Source: Prorocentrum cordatum
Lineage: Eukaryota
NCBI GenBank assembly: GCA_963575745.1
Contig: CAUYUJ010000146.1
Coordinates: forward strand, 1-64,000
DNA: 64,000 nt
Direction of reading: 5' to 3'
Each line of letters starts with the position of its first letter. Position 1 is the first letter of the stretch. The notes under the pieces were generated by a model. It was not told where the DNA came from and did no database searches. It was given only the letters and a program-made list of their open reading frames with translations. Positions 38,216-50,359 of the stretch are shown here, in pieces. The translations under genes were made by a program, and so were the position numbers.

Positions 38216-38579
38216 CTCGCAATGATCCTCCTGTCGGTGCTGCTAGTGTGCTGTTGCTGTTGCTGCTGCTGTTGCTCCTCCTTCTCCTCCTCCCCCCCCC
38301 CCCCCATCCTACTGGTCCCAACCCCTCCACCCCGTCCTCGCCAGATTCCGCGAGTTCCTTTTGTCCTCTAGCGCGCGAGCGCTGGAGAGCCGCAGGCCCG
38401 CGATCCCCCGCGCGTGCCCTAACCCCTGTCCAGTCGACAGGAACCCGCAGGCATCCACCTCAGCGGTCAGCGCGCCGCTGGCGCGGTGCATACACCGAGT
38501 CTGTTTGCACAAAAAAAGCCGTTGTAGCGGTCAGCGCGCCGCTGCTGCGGCGCGCGCCAGCGAGCGGATAACGAGGGCA

Positions 38580-39536
38580 TCACTGCTTTGTGTCCTGTTT
38601 GATGGCTTTCTGGACCACGTCCTCCAAGAACGCTAGAAGAACCTGCCTCTGCTGCGCACGGGTGGACTGTTTCAAGGGCGTCGACACTTCCGTCAACGCC
38701 ACGCCTGTGGACCATTTCTCCTCGTTCAGATCCTGAATCCTGGAGGCCCATGTTCGGCCTGCCATTGGCCCTCCTTTGACCTCCAGTGTCCACATCCCAG
38801 AGGGGCACCACCTGGTGGTCCACGGGCGCTTCTCGTCCAAAGCGTCGTCCTCGTCGTCGTCGTTGGGTTCGGGGACGCTTTTGCTCTGGCTCTCCTCGTA
38901 CAGGTAATGCAGAAGCCAAGGCAGGTCCTGACTCTGAACGAGTAGTTGCCCATATCTGTTCTCATACACACAAGCCTCTTTCGTGTCGGCCTCATCTGGC
39001 TTAGGAGACATCGGCATGGTTACTCTGCAGAGCGTGCCTCGAGGACACCCCTTCTGTTTCTCAGGGGTTTTCTTCGCTTTCGATGCGGCCTTGACGGTGC
39101 CGGGGGGATCCGCCATGGGATCCCGACCTTTTTCTCCCGCTGCTGCGGGAGACCCTGCTGCAACCCCCGCTGCTGCGGGGGCCTCTTTCACAGGAGTCGC
39201 CGCTTCATCCACGTTGTATCCTTCTCCAGCGCGAAGCTTCTCATGCAATTGATCTAACAAATTTGTTTCGTTCAAGGCGCCCTTCACGGCACTGTGACCA
39301 CCGACCACTTTGAGCATCCACAGGCGGTGCTTTCCGACGGGCACGAAGGCTTCTAGGCTTTCCTCGCCGCCCAAGACAACACAGCGCTCCTCGCATTCCA
39401 GAGCAAATCCCGCTGCTCCCTCGTGATTTCGGCACAGCCCGCCCGTCGCGCAGAGCACCCCCATGCTCGCGCCATCTTGGCGCGCTGCTTTCCCGACAGC
39501 GACCTCCCGCCATGTGTCCTCTGCCTTGCGTTTCAT
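38580..39536 (-). CDS. Hypothetical cargo protein, 318 aa
   Basis: Open ORF of complex composition; an in-frame partial paralogue lies at 37130-37680. Confidence 0.65.
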   Translation of the reverse strand: MKRKAEDTWREVAVGKAARQDGASMGVLCATGGLCRNHEGAAGFALECEERCVVLGGEESLEAFVPVGKHRLWMLKVVGGHSAVKGALNETNLLDQLHEKLRAGEGYNVDEAATPVKEAPAAAGVAAGSPAAAGEKGRDPMADPPGTVKAASKAKKTPEKQKGCPRGTLCRVTMPMSPKPDEADTKEACVYENRYGQLLVQSQDLPWLLHYLYEESQSKSVPEPNDDDEDDALDEKRPWTTRWCPSGMWTLEVKGGPMAGRTWASRIQDLNEEKWSTGVALTEVSTPLKQSTRAQQRQVLLAFLEDVVQKAIKQDTKQ

Positions 39537-39809
39537 GCCGCCGTGCGCAAGCCCCCGCTGCTGCGAAGGCGCGCGCGTCCTAGGTGTCGGCCCCCCTCAC
39601 AAGTGAACCGCCTGAAAACGGCTATGGAAAGCGGGCTCCTCGTCTCGAACAGATCCTCCTACTCCTCATCCGCATCATGCTCCCTCCACGAGCTTCTTTC
39701 CATCTCATCCAACCCATCCCCCTCCTTCTCTCCGAACGAGCACAGCTGCCTTCCCTGTCCCTTGACCGCTCCTCTGCCCCTTGAGGGGGGGCCTTGTGTG
39801 CTCTGACCG

Positions 39810-40150
39810 ACCCTCTGTCCCACAGGGGGGGCGCCCTGATCGAACGACCACCCCTGTTTCACAGAGGAGGGCGCGCGGAAAAGCACGACCCCACCCCCTC
39901 TGTGACAGAGGGGCTCCGCGCTTTTCCGCCCGAGCCCCTCTGTGACAGAGGGGCCCCGCGCTTTTCCGCCCGAGCCCCTCTGTCACAGAGGGGGGGTGGG
40001 CGCGGAGCCCCTCTGTCACAGAGGGGCTCGGGCGGAAAAGCGCGGAGCCCCTCTGTCACAGAGGGGCTCGGGCGGAAAAGCGCGGAGCCCCTCTGTCACA
40101 GAGGGGTTCGGCCTTGCGTGCTTCGACCGCCCCCCTGTCCCACAGAGCGC
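39810..40150. repeat. Internal array of the same CCTCTGTCACAGAGG palindrome (~6 intact plus ~3 degenerate, both orientations)
   Basis: ~40-bp unit (GCTCGGGCGGAAAAGCGCGGAGCCCCTCTGTCACAGAGGG); the left half is inverted relative to the right half. Confidence 0.85.
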
Positions 40151-40663
40151 CCCGCGAACAGGACGGCAGGACGATGAGCAGGACGATGAGCACGGAGAGA
40201 GGAAAACAGGACACGGGAGGGAGGCGGGAACGGACGAGGGGGGACGGAGACGGAGGCGAGGCGCGAGGGGAGGGCAGGACGAACATAGAGGGAGAGGAGC
40301 AGGACGAGACCTGGCAGGGGATATGCACCAGGAGAGAGATCTCATGGAGGAAGAGGAGGGGAGGGGACGAGAGGCACTCACATTTTCCGCATTTGCAGGC
40401 CCTCGCACTTGCTCCATTTCTCAGCGACCGCCGCGCCGCCATGAAAATTGACGTACCACCGACACTACTGCGGCTGATGCGTGACCTCTCCCATCCCTGT
40501 CTTGTGCTGTTTCTGCTGCCCCCCTCCCCCCTCCCTCTTCGACCTCCTCTCCCCGCCCTTTTCCTCCTCCCCTCCAGCTGACGGCTGCGGGCTGCGACGG
40601 GTGGATCATCGGCCGCTGTCATCTGCCGCTCCGTTTCGCGCACCCTCCGCTGCTGCGGCGGGA

Positions 40664-43157
40664 TCACACGAAGTGGGCCCCCTGGCCAGGGATTGTCATC
40701 TTGCCGCTCTTGGGGGTTTTCCGTCCCTCCTCGGCGTCCTTCTTCCGTTTCTTCTCCTGCTCTTTCTGCTCCTTTTGCCATGCCTGCTTCTCCTTTTGGG
40801 TGTCGGTGGCCCTCTTCTCCTTGGTGATCTGCAGCATCCGCCGATCTCCGCGCGCCAGCGGCACCGTGTTGTGCATGCACGGGACAAGCACGCTGCAGAC
40901 GCGGAGGGGGGGCGGCTGGTTGGCACTTTGTCATTGTCTGGAACTCGTGCTGTTGAAGTGCAACGTTGAACTTCCAGTGCTCCTGTCCCTGCATTAGCTG
41001 GGCTCGGGCAAGTTCTTCTGGTGTCATCCTCTCAACTCCCCAGAAGAAGTGCAAGGACTCGGTACCTCCGAACTTAAACTGGTACGGATTCTCTTCCTGT
41101 TCGGCCTCGCCCTGTGCAGGCGCCGCTGCTGCGGGGGCCGCCTCGTCGAGCTGCGGACCCACGGGCGCCTCGCCCTGCGCAGCCCCCGCTGCTGCGGAGG
41201 CCGCTTCCTGCGGCGCGGGCTTGAGCTCCAGCTCTGGTAATTTGAAATCAGGTTGTGCCCAATATTTTTCCATTTTCTCGACAGGAGTCGGACGTTTCTC
41301 ACCGACTAGCACCTCCACTGCCCGCGGATTGCTCGAGACTTTCGGGAAAATCTTCGCGGTGGGGCAGCAAGGGAAGAGCATCAGTTTCCCCTCGGCGATG
41401 TCCCCAGTAGCCACCACATGGACACTCTTGGCTTGAACGTCATATTGCATCTGGACGGGTTGGGCGCAAGTGTCCGCGTGACGATGGAAGCCAGTCATGA
41501 CTTCCGCGATGCTTGCTTGGTGCCACCTGTCTGTGTCGAGATTGCCAGACGGAGCCGAAGCGTGCCACGATTTCACTGGGACCACCATCAGGCTGTTCAC
41601 GGGCTTGGACACTTCAGACATCTGCCTGTTCAGAGGCTTGTCTTCTTCGTTGAACTCTATCAATACTGGCTGCGGGCGAGAGCCCTCGCCACCTCCGCTG
41701 CTGCGAGGGCCAGCGGGTTTCTCGGGGGCCGCGGGCAACTTGTCGGTCCACGGCGCAGGAGGGAGCGGGAACTCTTTCTGCGCGTTCTTTTCCATTTTCT
41801 GCCAGGCCTCGCGTACTTCAGCATAGTACGGACGCACTGTCTCGCACACGGCCTCCACAACTGCCTCCAGACGAGGTTTGTTAGCCTTCACCCTTACGTA
41901 CGCCTGGTAGAAGGTGTCCGTCGCAGTCAGAACCGCCCCCGCGGTCAAAATCGCGCTCTTCTCCTCCCCGTGGGCCTCCGCTGCTGCGGGGGCCAATATG
42001 CGACGGACATACCCCAACAAAGAATTGAGCTCCTGTATCCGACTGTTGCCCTCGCTGTGTCCCCAAGCCGTTTCCGGCGCGGGGCATTGTCCGCACCTCG
42101 GCTCTTGCGAGTACGCCCTCATGACAAGGGCTACCTTCACATGGGGACAATCTATGGGGAGTTGGTTGAGAACGCCCCAGGTGGCTGGTGCCAGGGAGCG
42201 TATTTTGTGATCCACCCAACGTCGATCATAATCTAGAATTTGCGGTATGAGCTGCCCTGATGCGGCCCCCACGTTGATGACGAAAGTAAACATGTCCTCG
42301 AACCATTTGGCCTTGGCGTACTCGGGATGTCGTTGCGCGCAAGCCTTGAGAACAGTTTCGTACGAGATATTCACGGGGTGTCCTGTCTCAGATCCGCACG
42401 ATGCTTTCTTGCCCGCCGCTGCTGCGGTGGCGACGAAATCAGCGACGGACGTCAGGACCTCGATTTCGTGAGAGGTCACACCTTTTCCCTGTGGGTCGTT
42501 CAGGGCCGCGGAAATGATCGCGGGGCCTTGCGCGAAGACGGCACCGAAGTGAATTTCCCACGAGAGCACCTCGCAAAGCAAACCGTTATCGAGCACGTCC
42601 ATGAGTTCTGTGAACTTCGGTGCGCGACGCATTTTTGGGATATCCCAGGAGCCACCTGTACCTGTCTGGAACTCCTCCAAACCACATCCTTTGTGGTCTT
42701 CGGGAATGACCCACACTGCGCCGTGCTTGAGGTTCAGCAGACCAAGGGTTAGGGTGCAGTGGCTCAGCGCCCCGTAGTTGAACGTTGACAAGCTTGTGTA
42801 CGCCGAGCGTAGAGCCTCCACGGACTCCGTTTTCTGCAAGTTGTGGTCCGCGTGCGCCGTGTACGGCCTGCCATGGAGGCGCTCGTAATCGGCCTTCTTC
42901 CCCGCAGGGAGTTCCTGAACAACCACTGCTTCGTGCTGCGCCTCGTTCAAGAGGAACCTGTCTTTCAGAATGCCACACAGGAGATTAACCACTCTGGCAG
43001 CGGAGGGGTACGTCCCACCTCTGTTCTGCGGGTGGACGCAGATATCCTCCAAGGAAATTTTGGCCTTCAGCCGCTGGCCCTCGGAGTCCTTCAAGGCATA
43101 GCGGCTGCGCAACGTGGCGGCATCATTCAGGGGACCTGACTTGATGTCCTCGGACAT
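40664..43157 (-). CDS. Large cargo protein, N-terminal ParB/Srx-like region and C-terminal SET-like region; frameshift at G-run 40906-40912
   Basis: N-terminus ISLEDICVHPQNRGG...GALSHCTL; C-terminus VHVVATGDIAEGKLML...VLVPCMHNTVPLARGD followed by a Lys/Glu-rich tail. Domain calls are by eye only. Confidence 0.5.
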
Positions 43158-43372
43158 CTATCCAGGCGCCCCCGCTGCTGCGGGGGCAGCTTCCCAAACA
43201 GATGCTCCGCGACGGTTGCCCCCGCTGCTGCGGGGCCCCGCTTGAAGCACGAGTGCCTGTCGCGCGCGCGGACAGAAGGAGGGGCCTCACGGATCCGCGG
43301 CCTGCCCGCACTTGAGCAAAAGGAGAAGGAGAGGAAAGGCAGATAGAGGGAGAGAGACAGAGAGAGAGAGAC

Positions 43373-43431
<59 letters not shown>

Positions 43432-44945
43432 GAACGGCGGGCCGACGCGGCCTTCTCAGTTTTTCGATACGAGCACATCCGCCTGAACAGGAGAAGCATT
43501 GATACATCGGCCCCCCCCCTGTGTGAGAGAAAGGTTGCCCGCCCCGGACCCATCTGTGAGAGAAAGGGGCGCTGTGAGAGTTGCGTGTATGGAAGCGATG
43601 ATCACTACAAAGACATAATGACGGGCGGGGGGTTGCAGGAGGGAGTGCAAGGGGAAGCGAAGCAAAGGAGAGAGCAGGACACAGGTGACAGCACAGATGT
43701 CGTGTTTTCCCCCACACCGCATGCGATGCCGCACGCGGCGCGCGAAACCGCGCTCCCCCGCGCGCGCGCGAGTGCGCCCCTCCGCCGAGGTCACTCTCCT
43801 CGGCGAAATTCTCGCGACATCCCTCCGCTGCTGCGGAGGGGCGTTCCCCTTGTGCGCTCGGGATGTCGTGGTCATCCTGAGGACCGTACAATCAACCATG
43901 TGGGGGCACTGTCGTGTTCATCCGCCCCGTAATTACATGCGAAGGGGGTCGGCGCCTTCTTGCCAGGAGCTGCCGACTGGCGGCATCTTGGACCCTAGTT
44001 TGTACCAGTTGCCCCAATGGTCGCGGTACCAAAGTGCCTGATCGAATGGATCGTCATCCTCCACACCTGTCCTCCGAGCAGTCTTCTCATCCCACAACCC
44101 ACCACGCTCCAAGACAGCAGCCCCCGCTGCTGCGAGGGCTACAGCAGCCCCCGCTACTGCGAGGGTTTCTTTCTTGGAGCTCGCCTTGCGCCGAGCTAGC
44201 GGCCGCGCGGCCGCCTTCGCCGACGCTGCCGTGGGTCGAGCCGCAGCCCCAGCGCGCTTGCTCGAATGAGGTCTGTGATCGGGTTTCCGAAAAGCCCTCT
44301 TCTCGCCGACGCGGCATCGTCCCGTCCTTGTGTCGGGTTTCCTATTCCTCTTCTCGCCGATGCGGCATCGCCCGATCCTTGCGTCAGGCTTCCTAACCTT
44401 CATGGCTGGCGATCTCGAACCCAAACGGCACGGCAGAGATCGGGAGCGGGACAAAGAACTGACACATGGAGCGGGACCGGGACCGGGAGCCCGGGACCGG
44501 GACCAGCACCGACACCGGGACCGGGGCCGGGTCCAACACCCCCGCGTTCCCGGTCCCGGTCCCGGTCCCGGTCCCGGCCCCGGTCCCGGTCCCGGCCCCG
44601 TGGTCGGTTCTGCTGCTCGTCCAGGGCTCCCCGTCCCTGTCCCGCTCCCGGTCCCGGTCCCGCTCTCCCCTTGGTCCCGGTCCCGGTCCCGGTGTCGGTC
44701 CTGGTCCCTGCAGGACCCCTCCTCCTCCTCCTCCTCTTGCTCGCCCTCCTTTCCCCCCCAGCAAAAAGCAGACGACGACGACGAGCACGACGACAACGAC
44801 CACGATTTCTTCAGCCGCTCAATGCGAGCGCCTGCCTCCTCGCGCGCGCGCGCGCGCCGAGCCCGCGCCTCAGATCTCTTATGATAACCCCCGCTGCTGC
44901 GGAGACCACCCCCGCTGCTGCGGAGGTCTCCGCAGCCGCGCGCCG

Positions 44946-47628
44946 TCAGCTGGAGTCGCTTGAAGGGCTGCGGCGCCGCGACAATGCCTCGAACGCGTCA
45001 CTGTTGAACGCAAACGTGTCCGCAGGAAGCGGCGACTCCCTGGAGAGGAGCTGCGGCGGGGGAGGCTGCGGCGGCGGCCTCGGGACGAGCGGCGCTGCCA
45101 GAGGGCGGGGCGTCTGCGACTCTCTTGGCAGGAGCCGCTTCGGCGGAGGGTGCGGCGGCTGGCTCGGGACGAGCCGCGGTGGCGTAGGGTGCGGTGTCTC
45201 CTCCAGCGGGGGGGCCCCGCGGCGTCCTCCTCCACGCGGGGGAGATGGCGGTGGTGGTGGCATCATTGGCGGCATGCCTGGCGGACGGCATATCTGGCCT
45301 GGGAGGAGCGGGCGCCATGCCCTCGGCCTCAGCATCGCCTGACCTGTGTGGGGTGGGTGCGCGGGCGGCGTGGGCAGGAACCGCCCTGCCCACGCCGCCC
45401 TGCGGTCGCCGCCCTCCACCTGCCCACTGCGTCTGGAGCGGCTGCGCCCCCTCTGCTCCTGCCCTCTGCGTCTGGAGCGGCTGCGCTCCCGCTGCTGCGA
45501 GGGCACTCTCCTCATTCGGTCTTTGCTCCTCTGCTCCCGCTTTCTGCGTGTGGAACGGCTGCCCCCCCGCTGCTGCGAGGGCTTCGCCCTCTTTGGGGTT
45601 CTGCTCCTGATATCTTTCTTCTTGTTTTTCTTCTTCTTCTTCTTCTTGTTTTTCTTCATCTTCTCCTTCTCCTTCTTCTCCTCCCTCTCACCTCTGTCAG
45701 GGTTGCTCTGTTCGTCCTGGGGCGGCGTGGGGCTGCAGAGGCCGACGGCGTCGCGCCCGTCGCCCTCAAGCTCCTCCTGGGCTCCGTGCGCCCCCGCTGC
45801 TGCGGAGGCTGCTGCTTCAGATTCTGTCTCCGCCTCCTCCTGGTCTCCGTGCGCCTCCGCTGCTGCTGAGGCTGTTGCTTCGGGTTCTGTCTCCGCCCAC
45901 TCTCCCCGCTGTTTTTCCCACTTGGCTTCCCGCTTCCGATCCTTCTTCCTGGCCGCGGCGCCTTTGCCAGACTTCCTGTTCTTGGCTTCTATAAAAAACG
46001 AACAATGTGTGGCAATGTTCCGTGAGGCGGTTCGCATCCTGGGCCTTGTGGATCACCCTGTGCAAGTGCGGCCAGTCATATGTATCCTGCTCCTTGCGCT
46101 CCGCGTCCGTGAGCCTGACCCAGGTCGGACGCGCCACCCAATCCAACTGGCGGTACTGCAGGCTGGTGAGGAGCCTCCGCTGCTGCGGAGGCTGGGAAAC
46201 CTGATTCAACCAGTGCGGCAGATCAGGCTGCCCGCCCGCAGGGCACTCGCGAACCTGAGCGGGGCCAAGAATCACGATGTAGTGCGGGTGCGTCACGTGA
46301 TAACCTTTTGTCGGACACCACAAAGCCAAGCCGAGTACGCCTGTACCAGACGCGCCGCAACTTCTGAGCAGCTCCGAAAGATCCTCCCTGTCTGCGTCAA
46401 AGATCCCAGCGAGAATACGCACTCGGTGCCACAACGCCAGGTTCCGCAGCCCGTTGCGGAAGTTTTCGGGCCACGGGTGCCCCGCGAGGCTCGTCTGGTG
46501 TCGGAAGAACACGCCCCCCACTGCTATGGAGAGTTTGCCTTCCTTTGCTTTCGGATTGTGAGCCACCGCTGCCAGGGTCACCGACCAGGCCTGAACCAGG
46601 AACTTCCCGTGGCAGTGCCAGCGAAGCACCTCGCACTGCTCGACGCGCTCGGGAACCCAGAGGAGAGCCCCGACGCACTCGCGCGCGACCTCCCCGTGGA
46701 AGCCACTTTGGCGGATGAGATCGTCGAGATGTTGCTTCCGCCGATCGCGATTGATGCGTGCACCAGGCTCGAAGGAGACTAAGACGACCCCTTCGCGCCT
46801 GTCCCTGACAGCTGCGACCCAATCCGACAGGGAGGCGCCCGCGCGCAGGACGAGGGAAGCAAAAGCCAGATTCACGCGCGCCTCTGTCTGCCCCTCCTGC
46901 ACCTGGTCTTCGTCGTCGTACAGCAGGGGCACAAGAGGCTTGGAATGGCTCGGGCCGCGCTCTTCCGATGGGAAGTGCGGGCGGCCTTCCTCTGGGAAGC
47001 CCTCTTGGACAGGAAGCGCTGGCGACCGAGCCTTCGAGGTCAAGGCGAGAGTCTTGATCACGCGGGCCCCCGCTGCTGCGGAGGAGCTTTCACGCAGTTT
47101 GCGTGCTGCGATCAGAGCCTGCCGTTGTCGCCAATTAGTCGTGCAGGGAGATCTCGGTCTCGGGTCATCGGAGCCACCCTGTCCAGGCTCGATTACCACT
47201 GTGGCGGCGCCTGGCTCCACGGATGCCCCCGCTGCTGCGGAAGCCGCCTCCTTAGCCGTTATGACTACAAGGCGGTTGGCGGCGGCCGTTAACTTCCGCG
47301 CCTCTTCGATCCGGCCATTCTCCATCATTTCCTGAGCAACCAGCAGGCTCTGCGAAACGCTTTCCTGGGCACCAGACATCAACGAAAACAATGACCGAAG
47401 TTTCGTTGCAACCTCCCCCCCCGCTGCTGCGGAGGCCGGTGCTGGATCTGCCATTCCATGCGGAACTGCATCAGGGGCCTCCTCTGGCAGCCCCCGCTGC
47501 TGCGGAGACTTCGGCAGAGGTTCCTGCGCGGCTCCAGTCGCGCCAGGCTGCTCCATGCCCTGGGCCGCCCCCGTCGCGGAGGCGGGCGGGCGCGGCGGGG
47601 GGCGGACCTGCAACGGCTGCGGATTCAC
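44946..47628 (-). CDS. Divergent second EEP-like paralogue with basic/Pro-rich tail; one frameshift at A-run 45993-45998
   Basis: RILAGIFDAD aligns with ILCGDFNMA, and EHCHTLFVFIEAKNRKS with GAHYPLLFQMRMASVRS. The second copy (63693-63697) is in frame at this site. Confidence 0.55.
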
Positions 47629-50359
47629 TTTATCGCAATGCCATCCCTCCCTGCGCTCAAATGACTTTTCCCCTTGCGCCAGTCTGCTGCTCCCACTTCT
47701 GAACTACCTCATCCCTTCTACCTCTGCCTGCTCCCTCCTCCTCCTGTTCAGTCCTCCCTCCTCCCTCCACCGCGCTCATTTCTCCTTGCTCCCTTCTCTG
47801 CTCCTCCTACGTGGGGCGTTTCACGACAGCGACGACGACGACGACGCCGACGAGAACGATGACCGCGACGGCGACAACGAGGGCAACGACGACCACGACG
47901 ACGACGACGAGGACGATGACCACGACGGCTACCAGCGACGACGACTAGCGACGACGACGATCGACGACGACGACGCCGACCACGACGACGACGGCGAGGA
48001 CGACAACGAGCGACGACGACGACGACAATCGACGCCGACGAGGAACGACGACGACGAACGAGGACGACGATTACGACGACGAGATGACGAAGGATCGAAG
48101 ATCGAACCTCGAAGTGCGAAGCTTCGAAATTCAAACTTCGATCTTCGAACTCCGAACTTCCAGCTTCTAACTGCGAACGTCGCTGGGGTGCCAGGGATGG
48201 ACTGGGATGGAGGGAAAATGGGAAGGAAAAGCGAGGAAGCGGGAGAGGAAGTTGGAGGAGAACGAACAGGCGTGGAGCGACGAGGAACGGGCGGCGAGGA
48301 GCCGACGTTGAGGGCGGCGGGATGGGGGGACAGGGAGGAGAGGGGAGACTTCAAAACGAAAATCGCGCCACGGCGCCTGCACGCGCGCCCCCGATCTCGG
48401 CGGCCGACGCGCGCGCCCCTGCAGAAATGCAACGCGCCCTTCATTCGAGCCCCGCTGCTGCGGAGCCACCTACTCCACAACCAAATCGTCTGGGGAGCTG
48501 TTCGGACCCCAAACTACTAGTTCTTCAGCCACTCGGCTCTTGCGAGTCCGCCCTCATGACAAGGGCAACCTTCACATGGGGACACTCAATGGGGTGTTGA
48601 TTGAGAACGCCCCATGTGGCTGGTGGCAGGAACGGACGAGGGGGGGCGGATAGAGGAGCAGGACGAGCACTGGCAGGGGATATGCACCAGGAGAGAGATC
48701 TCATGGAGGAAGAGGAGGGGAGGGGACGAGAGCCACTCATAATTAAGCGCACGCAGGCCCACGCACGTGCTCCATTTCTCAGCGACCGCCGCGCCGCCAT
48801 GAGAACTGTCGTACCACCGCCGCTACTGCGGCGGATGCGTGACCTCTCCCATCCCTGTCCTGCGCTGTTTCTGCTACCGCCCTCCCCCCTTCCAGCCAAG
48901 CTCGGGTTTCATGCTCGGAGACGGGCGCGGCTGGCGGCTCTTAGTGCGGGTGCGCGTGCTGCCTCCAACTCCTCATCCCCCTCCTCCTCCTCTCCTCATC
49001 CCCCCTCCTCTTCCTCCTCATCCTCCTCTATCGGCCCAGCTCCGATCGCCGCTCAGCTCTCCTGGTGCGGCTGGCGGCAAAAGTACCGAAAATTGCCTGG
49101 GGTGTCCTTCGCCGTCTTCTTCGACATCTCAAGCATCATCTTGCCCTTCTCCTCGGTACGGCGCGCCTCCTCCATCATCTGCCGCGCCTGGTCGACGAGC
49201 ATCTGGCCCTTCACTCCAACGGCGCGTGCATGGCGGCAACGATTGCGGCAACGATTGCGCCGTGGTCGCCCAGTGCCAAACGCTGCCCTCCGTCGCGATG
49301 AGCTCGAAGTCATCGACGTCGCACTTGCCCGCGATGCTCGCCATAGCGGCGCAAAAACCGCGAAGGGGCCTCCTCTGGCAGTCCCCGCTGCTGCGGAGAC
49401 TTCGGCAGAGGCTCCTGCGCGGTTCCGTCGCGGAGGCGGGCGGGCGCGGCGGGAGGCAGACCTGCAACGGCTGCGGCTTCACTTTATCGCATTTCCATCC
49501 CTCCCTGCACTCACATGGCTTTTCCCATTGCGCCAGTCTGCTGCTCCCACTTCTGAACTACCTCATCCCTTCTACCTCCATCTGCACCCTCCTCTTCCTG
49601 TTCAATCCTCCCTCCTCCCTCCACCGTGCTCATTTCTCCTTACTCCCTTCTCTGCTCCTCCTACGTGGGGCGTTTCACGACAACGACGACGACGATGACC
49701 ACGACGGCGACAACGAGGGCGACGACGACCACGACGACGACGACGAGGACGATGACCACGACGGCGACCAGCGACGACGACTAGCGACGACGACGACCGA
49801 CGACGACGACGCCGACCACGACGACGACGGCGACGACGACAACGAGCGACGACGACAACGACAATCGACGCCGACGAGGAACGACGACGACGAACGAGGA
49901 CGACGATTACGACGACGAGATGACGAAGGTTCGAAGATCGAACCTCGAAGTGCGAAGCTTCGAAATTCAAACTGCGACCTTCGAACTCCGAACTTCAAAC
50001 TTCGAACTGCGAACTTCGCTGGGGTGCCAGGGATGCAATGGGATGGAGGGAAAAATCGGAAGGAGAGAACGAGGAAGCGGGAGAGGAAATTGGAGGAGAA
50101 CGAACAGGCGTGGAGCGACGAGGAACGGGCGGCGAGGAGCCGACGTTGAGGGCGGCGGGGTGGGGGGACAGGGAGGAGAGGGAAGACTTCTTAACGAAGA
50201 TCGCGCCACGGCGCCTGCACGCGCGCTCCCGATCTCGGCGGCCGACGCGCGCGCCCCTGCAGAAATGCAACGCGCCCTTCATTCGAGCCCCGCTGCTGCT
50301 GCGGAGCCATCTACTCCGCAACCAAATCGTCTGGTGAGTTATTCGGTCCCAAAACTACT
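47476..50359. repeat. Internal ~1-kb direct duplication (47476-48516 vs 49366-50359) including (GAC)n tracts
   Basis: Colinear high similarity visible by eye. Confidence 0.85.

Noticed and set aside
40056..40660. C-terminal ~250 aa of the listed 1033-aa ORF
   Set aside because: Read-through after the G-run frameshift into non-coding sequence and the palindrome array.
43933..44800. 287-aa ORF with GPGP and RKPD repeats inside the transposon
   Set aside because: Mostly simple repeats, and the frame differs between the two copies; only the last ~80 codons look possibly coding.
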